Origin: Vicugna vicugna | Taxonomy: Eukaryota | Direction: 5' to 3' | DNA length: 64,000 nt | Assembly: GCA_013265495.1 (NCBI GenBank) | Contig: MU058059.1 | Span: 4,131,502-4,195,501 of the forward strand | Shown here: piece by piece, positions 25,380-38,330 of the stretch | Numbering within the stretch: the stretch's first letter is position 1 | How the letters are laid out: the number at the start of each line of letters is the position of its first letter | The notes under the pieces: model-generated | Databases searched by the model: none | What the model was told of the DNA's origin: nothing | What the model saw: the letters and a program-made list of their open reading frames with translations, nothing else | Program-made: the position numbers and the translations under genes

Positions 25380-25422
25380 CTTTCAAAGCCGATCTGTCGG
25401 AACGTCTTTTCCCAGGTTGAGC
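25380..25422 (-). CDS. PIEZO2: PIEZO2 small coding exon (human exon 4 equivalent), 43 nt
   Basis: Not annotated in this frame by the ORF track. Reads ttggttacag|GC TCA ACC TGG GAA AAG ACG TTC CGA CAG ATC GGC TTT GAA AG|gtaagc = (C)STWEKTFRQIGFE(S); the terminal AG joins the first C of the next exon to give Ser. Confidence 0.96.
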
Positions 25423-25739
25423 CTGTAACCAAAGGAAGGGACACTGTGAGTGCAGGTCAAGGATTCCCAGAGTGCTGTCCTGTTTTTGCATCACCTGGCA
25501 GAGACTTGGTTGGATATTTAAGTGGGATGGCTGTTTTCCCTTAAATGCGTCCCTCCCCGCCTCCACCCTCAAATGATCCTTCAGAGAACAGCGCAGGGAA
25601 GTGTGCCCCCCTAGCAACACGACAGCGCCCACCCCCTCCTCTGCTGATGCAGCGGCCACGAAATCATTCTCTGAATTCCACACGTGTCCCAGGCAGAAAA
25701 GTATGAGGAAAACTCTCCTGTTATATAATGAACATCAAT

Positions 25740-25852
25740 GCTGCTACAAAGGGCATTATTTTACTCTTTTTGATGGCCGACTAGTATTCCATTGTGTAAA
25801 ATACACCACAGCTTCCTTATCCAGTCATTTGACGATACTTCAATTAAAAAAT
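25740..25852 (+). mobile_element. Very short 5'-inverted L1 insertion
   Basis: Antisense gctacaaagggcattattttactc...tagtattccattgtgt...ttatccagtcatttg followed by the sense terminus atacttcaattaaaaaa. Candidate degenerate TSD ataatgaacatca / ataatggaacagca. Confidence 0.65.
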
Positions 25853-28800
25853 AATGGAACAGCATACTGTAGGCTGCACTCCCTACAGCCCAGCTTTCAA
25901 CGTCATGGGTCCCTTGGAAAGCCAGTGGACACCCGGACCCCTGACTCGTTCTACACCAAGGCTTTACCTCTCCAGCGCTGAAGCGCAGGGTTAACACTTC
26001 TTTTTTAAGCTAAGTATTTTGATCACAAGTCTCCTGATACAAAAATGCTGTTCCCAGTGATGTGACTTGATGAACAGTGTCTCCAACTCCACAGAAGCAC
26101 AGCTGGGTATAAAAAAGATTCTCTACACTTTTTCCATAAAATAATTCTTCCTCACAATATAAGCATAATGACTTCTGACCACTTTACATAAAGAAATGTG
26201 CTGGCGTTTTAAATCAAAGACCATTTTAATAAAAAATCTACGCTTATAAGAGCTAAGGGTTCATGCCAACCCCCACTTTTACCTTTTCCCCGATGCTCAG
26301 GCAGTGGCGACAGTATCTACATTTCAGTAACTGTTGCAAGTAAACACCACCGCCTGCCCCCCACCCCGGGCCTACATCCTCGAGCGGTGTCGTCCACTAG
26401 GGGCTTAATAATCACGGGAGGCAATTACCACCTTTCTGCACAATTCACTCCTGCAAACAGGAAGCGGGGATTCAGCTAAAAAAGCGCCCCTGCCTCTCCC
26501 TCATGTCGCAACAAACCAGGGTGGCGTTAGGTTTCTTTGTTGAGAACCCTGCCCAGAATGCTTTATTCTCAGGTGGCCATTCAGGGCTTCCCAGGCTTCA
26601 GACAGGCTTTCAGGAACGGCAGGTGGCCACACAGCGTGGTGCCCGGGCCCTCCCTGAGGACGAGGACGAGGCTAGTCGCAAGAGAGCGGGAATGGCGGCG
26701 TCTCACTCAGGGATTTGGGTTCATACTGCTCTGTTAGGATGGAGCGTTTTAAACCGTTGTTATAAACAATAAAGGACTAAATTTCGGATGAATTACACAT
26801 ACTCATCCACACGCAAGTGTAAATAAAGCAGATTCAGGTTTATCTCCTTGGTTGACGTTACTGTCATCCGGCTGAATTCCAATCTGCTTTGCTGTGCAGG
26901 AGTAAAAGGCGTGGAATTTTAGTTAACCAGCCCAGGAATTTCCCCTGGCCCCTGGCCCAGCGGAGTGAGCCCGTGTGAATGTCGTCTGTCCTGCGAGTCA
27001 CAGGCGAACAACTGAGAATCCGTATCTCAGGAGTTCTTGGAAGACAGTCATCCTGCACCCGAGACAGAGGCGATTAAGAATGTACAACCCGAGTCAGAAG
27101 CCACACTGAATTCAGGACAGTGGTAACGGCCTGGCCCGGACTAAGAAGTGGGAGAGATTAAGCGCCCCGTGCCAAGTGGGAACCAGATCGTCTCACTCGG
27201 ACCCCGGCCGGGAGGGTCCGGGGCGGGCCCAGGGAGGGGCAGGGGTTAGATGCTGTCTTTCTGGACTTTTCTTGCTTTCACTGAGAAACAAAACACCTTT
27301 CAAGGGGTTCCCCCCCATTTCCATTTCCCCCCAGATCTTTTCAGCATATTCCTAAACTGATTTTCAAAATAAACTCTGGACAAAAACCCTCTTTTGAACA
27401 GACTCAATTTATTATCAAGGTAAAATGAAAAGTCTAAAAATAAACAACTTGGCTATTCAGCACCATCCGGCTTTTAAAACAGGGAACTTTAATTAAGAAA
27501 TAGGTTCCGTCTTCCTATTTCTGAGCAAAATAAACTTATTCAACAAGGCAGGATAAGCTAAAAGTTTTTTTGGGGGGGGTAGCGAGACTTCCTGTGCTCC
27601 TTAAAATAAACATCCTTCCGCACAGCAGAGACCGTGGAACGCGACGTCCCTCCAGCCACCAGGCAGCAGCTTCCCGGGACCCTGTGCACCTGACTTGCCA
27701 CAGGCCCTCAACCCCGTCTGCTGCGGGGCCTCTGGTAACCATCCCCATACGTTAGGTGTGGGGCTGGATATGTTAAAATTTGGCTTCTGCCCTCGAATAC
27801 AACATACCCCAGAGCTTTGGGTTTTTACGTCTTTTGTGAGCACTTAGCCACGATGGAACGAGAAACACACAATAATTGGAACAGACATACCCAGATCCTT
27901 TGGCACCAGGAACGTTTTTGGCAGCCCATTATTCTGTTGCTGGGGAATTCTTTTAAAGCCTTTCACCATGTTTTACACGGTAAGGTAATGCTACTCCCCT
28001 CTGCACGAGAGAGAAGTCGAGAAAACAAAGTCCCTGGCAGACTCCCTCGATTCAACACTTTTTAAATGAGATTTATAACACGGAGAAGTCTGGGACACGC
28101 TGCATTCTCCAGGCGAAGGTATGGAAAGGAAGACATGCAGCCTGCAGAAATGGGTGCAGCCCACAAGAGGGACTGCTCCTCTCTGGTCTCAGAGGAGGCA
28201 GGCAGAAAGAGCACCCTGTGATTCTTCATTTTTAAAATTTGCCCTTGAGGGCACCAGCATCCCAATGACAGAGCTGAAGTCAGGAGAGGAGGGAGGACCA
28301 GAGTCCAGAAGCCAGAGACAAGCTCCGGGCTGACAGGATGCAGAGCGAGTTCCGGCGTCCCATCGTGTGTCCCAGGTGACAAAACACCCTTTAACATCCC
28401 TCTGCACCAACACTCCAAGGGGGCACCAGCTGCCCAGGAGTGCAGGGCACCTCCGCCTGGAACGAATCTATTGACAGCCACTCCTGCACAAAGTGAGCCA
28501 AGGCTGTCTGTGCACCCCCTCGCTTCTGCCCCATCTTCCTGCTGGCCTCGGCAGCTTCCAAGTTCCCTTCCTTCCTGAACAGAAAGCCATTGCAGAGACT
28601 TCCTTTCTTTGGGAACTATTTGCTCAGGTTGGGGAGTTGCTTCCACCAGGCTCCTGTCACCTCACCTTCCGCCCTGGCCGCTGAGGTGGGGATCTGGGCA
28701 CCCTCGCAGCATCCATCTCCCTGGCCTCAGGGGACCAGGATGGGCACGTGATGGGCTCAGTCAGGCCAAAGCGGACCCTTGCCCCGGCTGGCTCCACCTG

Positions 28801-29248
28801 ACAGGTGACAAGCTCTCTGTCCTCGCCTGTCAGAGAACGAGGGTGGCGTGAGCCCAGCCCTCACCACGTTCACCATGTGGCCGCAGGGAGAAAACTGTGG
28901 AAGAGGAAGGAAGGGGTCTTGAGCAGGAAGCTGGGAGAGGGGAGGGGGCTGCTGATGGCACCTGGGGTCTGTTCCCAGCTGTTGCCGTGCCCTCACCTTC
29001 CTGCCACTCCTGTTTTAGAGGAAAATCTGTGTTGTTTCCTCCAGCCTTAAGTCTAGTTTCAAGTCTGACATTTGTATCTCAAAGAGCACTAAACATGAAC
29101 AATGAAAATAAGATTTTCACAATCCTTTGAGCATCCAAATTTTTGGTGGGAATGGAAACATTGAAGTAAATTCTAACCTTTTAAAGCCGTATTTTAAATC
29201 AAGAGAGTGGGCGTTCTCCCCTAAAGTAACACAGCAATAAAAACAGAT

Positions 29249-29873
29249 TAGCCAAGGCATGGAGGCACCTAAATGCCCACCGACAGATGACTAGATAAAG
29301 AAAATGTGGGGGGTGTGTGTGCATGTATGTATACACGTATGTGTGTGTATATATAGATAGATAGGCAATGGAATACTACTCAGCCATAAAAAAGAATAAA
29401 ATAATGCCATTTGTTGCAACATGGATGGACCTGGAGATTATCATTTTAAGTAAGCCAGAGAAAGACAAATATCATATGATTTATCACTTACATGTGGACT
29501 CTGAAAACATGATACAAATGAACTTATTTACAAAACAGAAAGACTCACAGACAGAAAACAAACTCATGGTTATCAGGAGGGAAAGGGGGTGGGAAGGGAT
29601 AAAGCAGGAGTTTGGGATTTGCAGATACAAACTACTATATATAAAAAATAGATCAACAACCAGATCCCACTGTAGAGCACAGGGAAAGCTATTCAGTGTC
29701 TTATAACAACCTATAATGGAAAAGAATATGAAAAAGAATATATGTGTGTGTGTGTGTGTGTGTATATATAAAGTATACAGATAAATTACACATATATATG
29801 TATATATAACTGAGCCACTATGCTGTACATCAGAAACTAACAACATTGCAAATCAACTATACTTTAATGAAAA
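29249..29873 (+). mobile_element. L1 3' end with internal (TG)n/(TA)n repeats
   Basis: aatggaatactactcagccataaaaaagaat...gcaacatggatggacctggag...aatcaactatacttt. Explains ORF 29368-29706 (MEYYSAIKKN). Confidence 0.92.
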
Positions 29874-32800
29874 CGAGCAGGCTACACTGGTACCCTTACA
29901 AGGTGCCAGCTTCACACAGATCAGCTAATTTAATTCATGAAGTCAGTACTGTTATTGGCTCCCTGTTCGGAAAAGCTGAGGGGCAGGGGATTTGGGACTC
30001 CGGGCCCAGGGCTTTATCTCCCTCCTGTCCATGTGGCTCTGTCCTACGGGGGGTCCTGTCCTTGTCTCTCTTTCCTACCCTTTGTGTCTTGCTCCAATTC
30101 GAATTTTTTTTTTTAGATCCACAGAGTTTTTGTGTATCTGATTAAGTTCAGATGTCACCGTAGTGACATCACAACGTGCTACCGAAGCCCTTCTTATGTC
30201 ACCCTTCACCTGGAACCTACAAGCTCATCCTGTGGGACTTCTGTTGATCTGTGCGCCCAGCAGCGGTCAGTCTGCACAAAAACACAGGGATATGCACCCT
30301 GCACTGATGGAGCAGGGCTGATCATTTTTTATTTCTTCTAATTTTTCTGGAGTAGTGGTTTAAAACCACAGGGCTTTGCCTGTTACTTGAAACCAGACGT
30401 CTGAGTTCTCCCAGGCTGCCTCTGGTCGTCTGTATTTTTTTAACAAATTACTCGGGGGTCTTTATAACATGAAGGGATTTTCAACAGGTCCCATTCTGTT
30501 TTTAATTTTATTTTCTCCCAAACGTTATTGAAAACGCAAACATCTCCTCCTTCATGTTGTAAATTGGTTACTCACTTTGTTTGTATTTCCTCGATTATTT
30601 TATTAATAATTTTTAAAATCCATTTGTGGCTCAATTTCTAATACAAAAATAAAGTCACTTGGGTTTTCCTGTAAGTTTCATGATGCAGCTGGGAAACTGG
30701 CGGTCAAATCAGGCACAGCTTTCCTTCCAATGGAACAGTCTTACACCGAGCACGTCCCAGACGGTGAGCGCCGTCGGAGCTCAGACGTGCACCTCTGCTT
30801 TTTCCAAAATAATTAGCAGAAAAGCTCTAATAATTCATGGAAGTGGTAGATTTTTGCCAGCAGAGCCCTATAAAGATGGAAGCACTTTCATACATGGCAG
30901 GGGCTGCCAGGCAGATGACACATGACCTGGCACAGAAACTGCTGATGAAACACATGCAACATTCTGAGTTTTCTGGTGGAAGCTTCATTTGCATTATCTT
31001 TAACTCTTTCGTGCAGAAGATCTTCACATCCAATCAAAGAGTCGAGATTTCACCAGTCACTGAACACTAAACATAACGTGAAATTCTAAGCGAAAAACGG
31101 GTTCTTCTCGGTTGACTAACGGTGACATTTTACTTTGCAGACGTTAAGACGCTCGGGTGTTGAATTGTAGCTGAACTCCATTAAACCCAAGAAACGGCTG
31201 CTCTAATGGACAGTGGTATCCAAGTAATGCAATTTCCCCGACAGTGAGCAAGGTCAGCGTTTGGTGAAATGCTGAGATCTGCAAAACTTCCCACGTCCTA
31301 ATGCCCAGATGTGACTCATCATTAATGGGTTAAAAGTAACCGGAAGAAAGTAAGGATAAGGAAAAACTCTTTACCACCCTCCAATCAGTAATTTTTCTAT
31401 TAAAGGATCTCTCTGTATTTTTTAAAACACCGTTTTCACCTCTGTGGAATACCCTCATTTTGTGATGTCTGCCATTCCCTGCTCTGATGATTCACATGCA
31501 GATGACGCTGCTTTGATCACTTAATAATATGCGATGTAACTCTTTCCATGTCAATAAACAGGGGCATGGAGTCGTTTTACTGCACACAGAGTATTACATA
31601 AATTCATAAAATGCAAGTTCCTCATTAACTATATATAAACTCATTCTACATTTTTGCTACTTTACATAACAAAGTGTTGAACACATTTTACATCTATCTT
31701 TGAACACTTAGTCAGCTATCACTTTGAGAGAAATTCCTAAACCTACCTTCGGGGAGCTGAACTATCGCAGTGTGAAACATCGCGTGTAGAATTCCGATGA
31801 ATAGTACCAAGTTTCACCTTCAGATTTTACTCAGATACATACACTTGACTGAATTCAGTTCTATGAATCCTTTTATAAAACATTTAATTGGAACTTATAT
31901 TTCCATAATTAGGGATGAAATTAAACAAATGTTCCTAGGTTCGGGGGCAATTTTACTGCTTTCTCTTGTGAACTGCTTGTTAGGTGTTCGTCTTCTGTCC
32001 TACTGATTTGTTAGAACACTTTGTGCATCAGGGTGAAGGATCTCAAATGCAGCAAGTCTGAAGCAAACACATTTGCCCTTTAGGTTAAAGTGTTCAATAC
32101 AATAAAGTCTTCAATTGCGTATTTTCCTGATTAGAATTGATGAATATTTACATTATTGATGGGTTTCGATCCTTTTCGGTTTTTTTCATTTACATATTTG
32201 TTGTCCCAATAGGTGAGGAAAAATACTGAATGTGTTTCTCTGCTCTTCGTGAATCTTTAATATCCACGCCCCTCAGCCCTAGGAGGTCTTGAATGAGCAT
32301 CATGTGTGTTTTGTGCTAGTATCTGAGTCGACCAGTTGGTCTGAAACAACGCCCCACCCCCCATCCACCCTGTGCGGTGACTAGGACAAGCCTGTTCCCA
32401 AAGGCCACACGCCCTGCTACGAATGGAGGAGGCGGCAACATCTTAAAAAAAGATGTTCTTGTGGAAAATGACTTTCAAATTACTGTAAAACAAAATGTAA
32501 ATCCTAAATAATTAACTTCCTCATCGCATAATCAATTTTTAGACAAAATTATTGGCTACAAAATGTCTGGTTTAAGATTCGATCTCACTGGCTGTCTGGG
32601 ACGATGCTTCTACCAACCTCCCCCTAAAACAGCTGCAGACACAGAGGAAGCGAGGAACACACAACTTCTCTCATCCAAGATCACAGAACCGCTGACCGAA
32701 GGTTATTCTAGGGCCCCGAGACGGGGAGCGGTGGGGGGGTGGACGGGAGAGCTGGAAGGAGAGGCTGAGGTTAAGGTGACTGTCTGTCTGTCTGTCTTAA

Positions 32801-34360
32801 ACATAACAAGCAGGAAGCTGTGGTGAGCAGAGGTGGAGACGCAGAGTGGAAGGATCCTGCAAGACTCTTAGCAGCTGAGAGAGGACAGGACTCTGCCCAG
32901 AGGTCACTGGCCGAGGCGGGGAGCGCCGGGGACCCTCTCTGCCAAAGTGATGGGCAGGGAGCCCGGGTGGTTTGCAGTGCCTTAAAGAGGCAGGCAAGGA
33001 GTGAGGCGTGTGCGTGACGGGCGCAGGAAACAGCGTCCTGGTTGGTTGCTCGCTCATCTGGATGAATGCAGTAACGCGCACACTGTGCACAGATTAGTCT
33101 CTTCAAGGAACTGTGCCACGCAGAACGCGACCTGTACGCAGAACGCCACCGTTCCAGACAACTCAGGAGACCCCTACGGACGCGGCCGTGTCCCTCTCTG
33201 TGGAGAGTGCATCTCTACTGTAGAAGTCTGGACTGCTCAGCTGCCTCTGCATTGGCGCCATGATATTAAATCTGCTTTAAAGAGTAAACCTGTGATATCC
33301 ATCTGTTTACCTGTTCTCTGTCTTCATGAGAAAGATCTCATAAAAGCTGACAAGACGATGTTTCCAATAATTCTACTTTCAGTTGTTTTGAAGGCAGAGG
33401 AACGGGAGCTTCCTGTAGAGTCTCATTAAGTTTTGCCCAGAAAAGTTAAACTCAACTTTCTACCCTTGTATGCTGTGCATCTGTAACGCATCGGTTCTTT
33501 GCTTCCTGGAAATCTGAAGACGTTTGCACAGGGGTCCATCCTCTCATTTTTGTAGGACCTTCACAATACGGCCTGAGATCAAAATGTACTGAGGTAAAGG
33601 TTACAGGAAAACCACCGAGTAAGCGGAAAATCTGCAGGAAGTGCTGTGAAAATTCGCAGCCCGCAGGCCCCCTCACCACCACGGGGCTCAGCCTTGGGGG
33701 GCACAGGTGACAGGCCTGATGCTGGCAGGAGACCAGTTCAGAGACTCTCCCTAACGAGGGAGCCAGCAGCCGCCGCCCCGGTCCTTAGATGTCACCCCTT
33801 CGTCACAGGCTCATGAGGAACTCACGAGTGCTTGTTCTCCAGGCTTCAAACATAAAGTCTTACATTTCAGGGCCAGAGACGCACAACTTTTATCCTTTCT
33901 GAAGCCGTTTTGTGATTTCATGTACTTCAAGTAAATGGCACCAGTGGTGCTAATAGCCATTTCAGGGAGTCAGTGTTCCCTGAGAGACAAAAAGAAGCTC
34001 CTGCAGCGTCAGCAGGGCAGGTGGCCAGACGTCAGCTCTGGCAGTGAGGTCACTCCAGCCCTGGACCCTCACCCACGGCGTGCAGGGCTCGGCGGGGCTG
34101 CAGACGCAGGCTGGGGGGTGGCCGCGTGCGCTCGGGCCGCAGGCTGCTCGGGCACCTCTGAGACCGGGTCTGCATGCGGTGAGGCGTGCGTCCCAGCAGC
34201 CACACCCCGTCCCGCACGAGGCGGGTGGCAGGCGGCTGGCGGCCACCGCTGATCCGAGGCCCAGCCCACGCTGCAGACAGCCACGCTGCCGGACCCGAGC
34301 TCCACGCCGGAGCCTGCGATTCTGGGCTGCGCAGAGCTCCCCCTCCGCCCCGCATCCCAG

Positions 34361-34535
34361 CACTCACACTCACATCCACACACACTCACACACAAGTCAC
34401 ACACACACACTCACATACAGAAGTCAGTCACACACTCTCTCACATCCACAGACACACACACACGTCATACACAGAAACACACTCTCACATCCACACACAC
34501 GCACTCACACACACTCACAAACACTATAATACACA
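34361..34535. repeat. Imperfect (CA)n/(CACT)n tract
   Basis: Directly visible. Confidence 0.85.
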
Positions 34536-35522
34536 GGAATAAGCTTTAGTATCGTTTCTCTTTTTAACTTGGAACGTCGTACGTTCTGCGGTTTGTTTCG
34601 GTTAACCCACGTTGTATTATACGCTTTCCCTTTTAGTATGTATTTGCCAAAACTCCCCTAAAATCATCTTCGGGGAAAGGCACAGAATGGGTATGCAGGT
34701 CATTCATTTAAACTAAGTCCCTTACTAAGAACTTAATGGGCTCAGAAGAGTGTTCGGATTGGTGTTTGGGAGGTTGTCCCTTAAAAGCCCGCGTGAGACC
34801 GTGAATCACAGGTCAGGGACCCTGTCACTCCCACAGAGACGGGGTGGCAGGGTCCCCGGCCGCCCGCCCCAGGTGGGGGCCACACACAGGGGAGGGCGGA
34901 TGCTGAAACGCAGAGTTGGCCAACGAGGCGTCAACAAACAGCCGTCCCTTCCCCAGGAAAAAAGCAGTTATATTCCTCAAGGAGGAAGAAAGCAGAAGTA
35001 TTTCAGTTTTCTCACTTGCCAGTGTTTACAGAACGTTGCCAAGGGTCTGTGCGGGGGGTGCTCAGTTTCCAAGGATGAGAATGTTCATTTTTATCCTCCT
35101 CTGGGCATCTTTTACGGCACTGCAGTTCCTCGTACGGCTTGTGGCTTTCTTTTCACAAACTACAAGCTCCCTGTTGCCAGAAGTGTGCGCCAAATAATAA
35201 TGTTCGCTTGTAGAAATTAAACCCCAGTGGACATTTCGATAGCTGGAAATTTTATGAAAAAGAAAAACTCATGAAGCATATTCAGTTTAAATGTGTAATG
35301 GCAGCTGAGTTCTTGTTTTCCATGAACACGGGTCAAATTAAAACTTCAGACAAAAGCCCTCAATACTTACTTATTACGTGGAGGGCCGGGGTGGGGGGGA
35401 GGTCTGTCTTTCCTCATTTGTAACACCGCTGAGAACAATTACACTGATACACCATAAAATATTAAATGTATACAGAAAAATATCATCTCACCACCTGCCA
35501 CACATTTAAAAATTTTGATTTC

Positions 35523-37538
35523 AAGATCACCTTATTCCCTTATGGTAGATTAACTGATCGCGAGTGTGTGGGTTTATTTCTGGGCTCTGTATCTTGTTCC
35601 CGCCACACCCGTTTTGATGAGCACAGCTTTGTAGTATAGTTTAAAGTCAGGGAGTGTGACTCCTCCAGTTCCGTTCTTCTTTCTCAAAATTGTTTTGGCT
35701 ATTTGGGGACTTTTGTGTTTCCACACAAATTTTAAAACTACTTGTTCTAGTTCTGTGAAAAATGCCACTGGTGCTTTGACAGGGGTTGCACTGCATCTGT
35801 AGCTGCCTTGGGTAGTATGCGCATTTCAGCAATATTAATTCTTCCCATCCAAGGACACGGCGTGTCTTTCCATCTGGTCGTTGTCTCCAATTTCCTTCAT
35901 CAGTGTCCTCTAGTTTCCCAAGGACTGGTCTTTTCCCTCCTTAGGTAAGCTTATTCCCAGGCATTTTACTCTTTTTGATGTGACGGTAAATGAAACTGTT
36001 TCCTTCATCTCTCCTTCTGGTAGCTCATTGTTAGTGTATGAAATGCAGCAGACTTCTGGATGTGACTTTTGATTCCAACAACTTGGCTGAGTTCAGTGAT
36101 GAGCTCTGGCGGTTTCCTGCGGCGCCTTTAGAGTTCTCCACGTGCAGCACCGTGTCATCTGCAAACAGTGACAGCTGTACTTCCTCCTTTTCAGTCTGGA
36201 TGCCTTTTATCTCTTTTTATTCTCTGACTCCTGGGGATAGGCGTTCCAAAACTACGCTGAATAAAACTGCCAAGAGTGGGCATCTTTCTCTTGTTCCTGA
36301 TCTTAGAGGAAATGCCTTCAGCTTTTCACCGCTGAGAACAACAAAGGAGGCGAGAATCTACAATAGGGAAAATACGGTCTCTTCAACGAGTGGTGCTGGG
36401 AAGACCGGGCAGCTACACGTAAAAGAATGAAATCAGAACGCTCCCTGACACCAAACACAAAAATAAACTCAAACGGATTAATGACCGAAATGTAAGACCG
36501 GATACTATAAAACTCCCAGCGGAAAACACAGGCAGAACTCTGACATAAATTGCAGCAACATTGTTTTTGGATCCATCTCCTAAAGCAAAGGAAATAAAAG
36601 CAAAAATAAACAAATGGGGACTAATTAAACTTAAAAGCTTTTGCACAGCAAAGGAAACCACTGACAAAATGAAAAGACAACCTCCTGAGTGGGAGAAGAC
36701 ATTTGCAAATGCCGTGACCATTAAGGGGTAAATACCCAACATACGTAAACAGCTCACGCAGCTCAGCACCTTTCTTAGGACAAGCCGACGGAGCCACGGG
36801 CAGAAGGTCTGAACAGACCTGTTTCCAGAGAGGAAAGGCAGACGGTCCACAGGCACATGGAAAAGGCGCTCAGCACTGCCCGTCACCGGGGAAATGCAAA
36901 TGAAAACCTCAGTGAGATGTCACCTCAGACCTGCCAGAACGGCCCTCCTCAAAAAGCCAACAGACAGCAGACATCAGTGAGGGCGGGAGCAGAGGGCGCC
37001 TCAGCACTGCTGGCGGGGATGTACCTGGTGCCGCCAGTGGGGACGACAGTACGGCGGCTTCTCAAAAAACTAAAAACAACTCCCGTATGACCCAGCAATG
37101 CCCCTCCTGGGTGTTTATCCAAAAAGCCCCAAAAGCAACAGGGATGGACTCGGAGGGCATAATGCTAAGTGAAATCGGTCGGAGAAAGACAAACACTGTA
37201 AGGTATCACTTACATGTGGAATCTAAAAAATAAACTGGTGAATGTAACAAAAAAGAAACAGACTCACAGACACAGAGAACGAACAAGTGGTGACCAGTGG
37301 GGAGGGGGAGAGAGGAAAGGATGGTTATTAGATACGAAACAAGCTACGAGGATCTACTGTGCAGCACGGGGAGCGCAGCCACTGCTTTGTAACAACTGTA
37401 AATGGAGTGTAGCCTTTAAAAACGGTGAGTCCTTACACTGCATGCCTGTAATTTATGTAATACTGTGCACCAACTATACTTCAATTCTGTAAGTTAAAAA
37501 AATTCTTTTCAAAGTTAAAAAAAAGAGCACCTTATTCC
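35523..37538 (+). mobile_element. ~2 kb L1 insertion with 5' inversion and 16-bp target-site duplication
   Basis: Antisense ORF2 segment 35539-~36336 ([30 protein letters not shown]...[10 protein letters not shown]), then sense ORF2 end and 3'UTR ~36341-37522. TSD aagatcaccttattcc (35523-35538) / aagagcaccttattcc (37523-37538). Confidence 0.92.
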
Positions 37539-37686
37539 TGAGAAAACTGAATGTATCTAAGTGGCTAATTCTGTAATGATTTTAAGTCCCTTGCTCTTAA
37601 ATGTCAGGTGTTATCTTGGGGTTAATATTCCTGAAATAAATGGACTCATAATGTAACAGCATCCATGAAAACAGGGAAAAGGAAGC

Positions 37687-37790
37687 TATTCATTCAATTT
37701 ATTCAATGAACGTTTATTAAGCACTAAAATACGCTAGGCAATGAGAACACAGCCAGACTGTGGCCCTTAGAGTTTACCAGGTAAGGACAA
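37687..37790 (-). mobile_element. L2 3' end
   Basis: attcattcaatttattcaatgaacgtttattaagcact...gctaggc. Confidence 0.65.
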
Positions 37791-37919
37791 AGATGATCAG
37801 GACACACAGCACACACTCACACAGCACGCACACACTGTGGACAAAAAGAGGAGAGTGGGTTAGGGAGACAAAAGTTAAAACGAAGAATTTATGTGAAAGT
37901 GAAACTTTTACATGTTTTT

Positions 37920-38330
37920 GACATGTTTTGTTTTTTGTTCGATTTTGCACCATTTCAGGGAGTATATTCAGTGCACTAAATGCACCCCAATGCTGTGCAA
38001 CACACATCACTATCTGTTCCAGAATATTCTTGTCACCCCAGAAGAAAACCCCGAGCCCATTACGTGGTCAATCCTCATCTCCCTCCCGCCCCGGCCTCTG
38101 GCAACCGCGGACCTGCTTTCTGTCCTGCGTGTGAGTGGAACCCCACCGCACGTGGCTTTCTGGGCCTGGGCACCCTCACACAGCGCCTGTGCTCAGGCTT
38201 CCCGCAGGTCTCAGCAGGTGCTGGCGGGTCACTCCGTCTCACGGCCGTGTGGCCTCTCGCTGCGCGGACAGGCCCGTGCTGCTCACCCAGCCGACGCCCC
38301 ACGCGCTGAGCTTGGCCTCGGTCCACACCC
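37920..38330 (-). mobile_element. L1MB-like 3' end, GC-enriched
   Basis: gctgtgcaacacacatcactatctgttccagaatattcttgtcaccccagaagaaaacccc...ctggcaaccgcggacctgctttctgtc. Confidence 0.75.

Noticed and set aside
29368..29846. ORFs MEYYSAIKKN... and its antisense partner (also 41693-42031, 19189-19784, 36413-36886)
   Set aside because: Translations of L1 ORF2 ends and 3'UTRs, not host genes.
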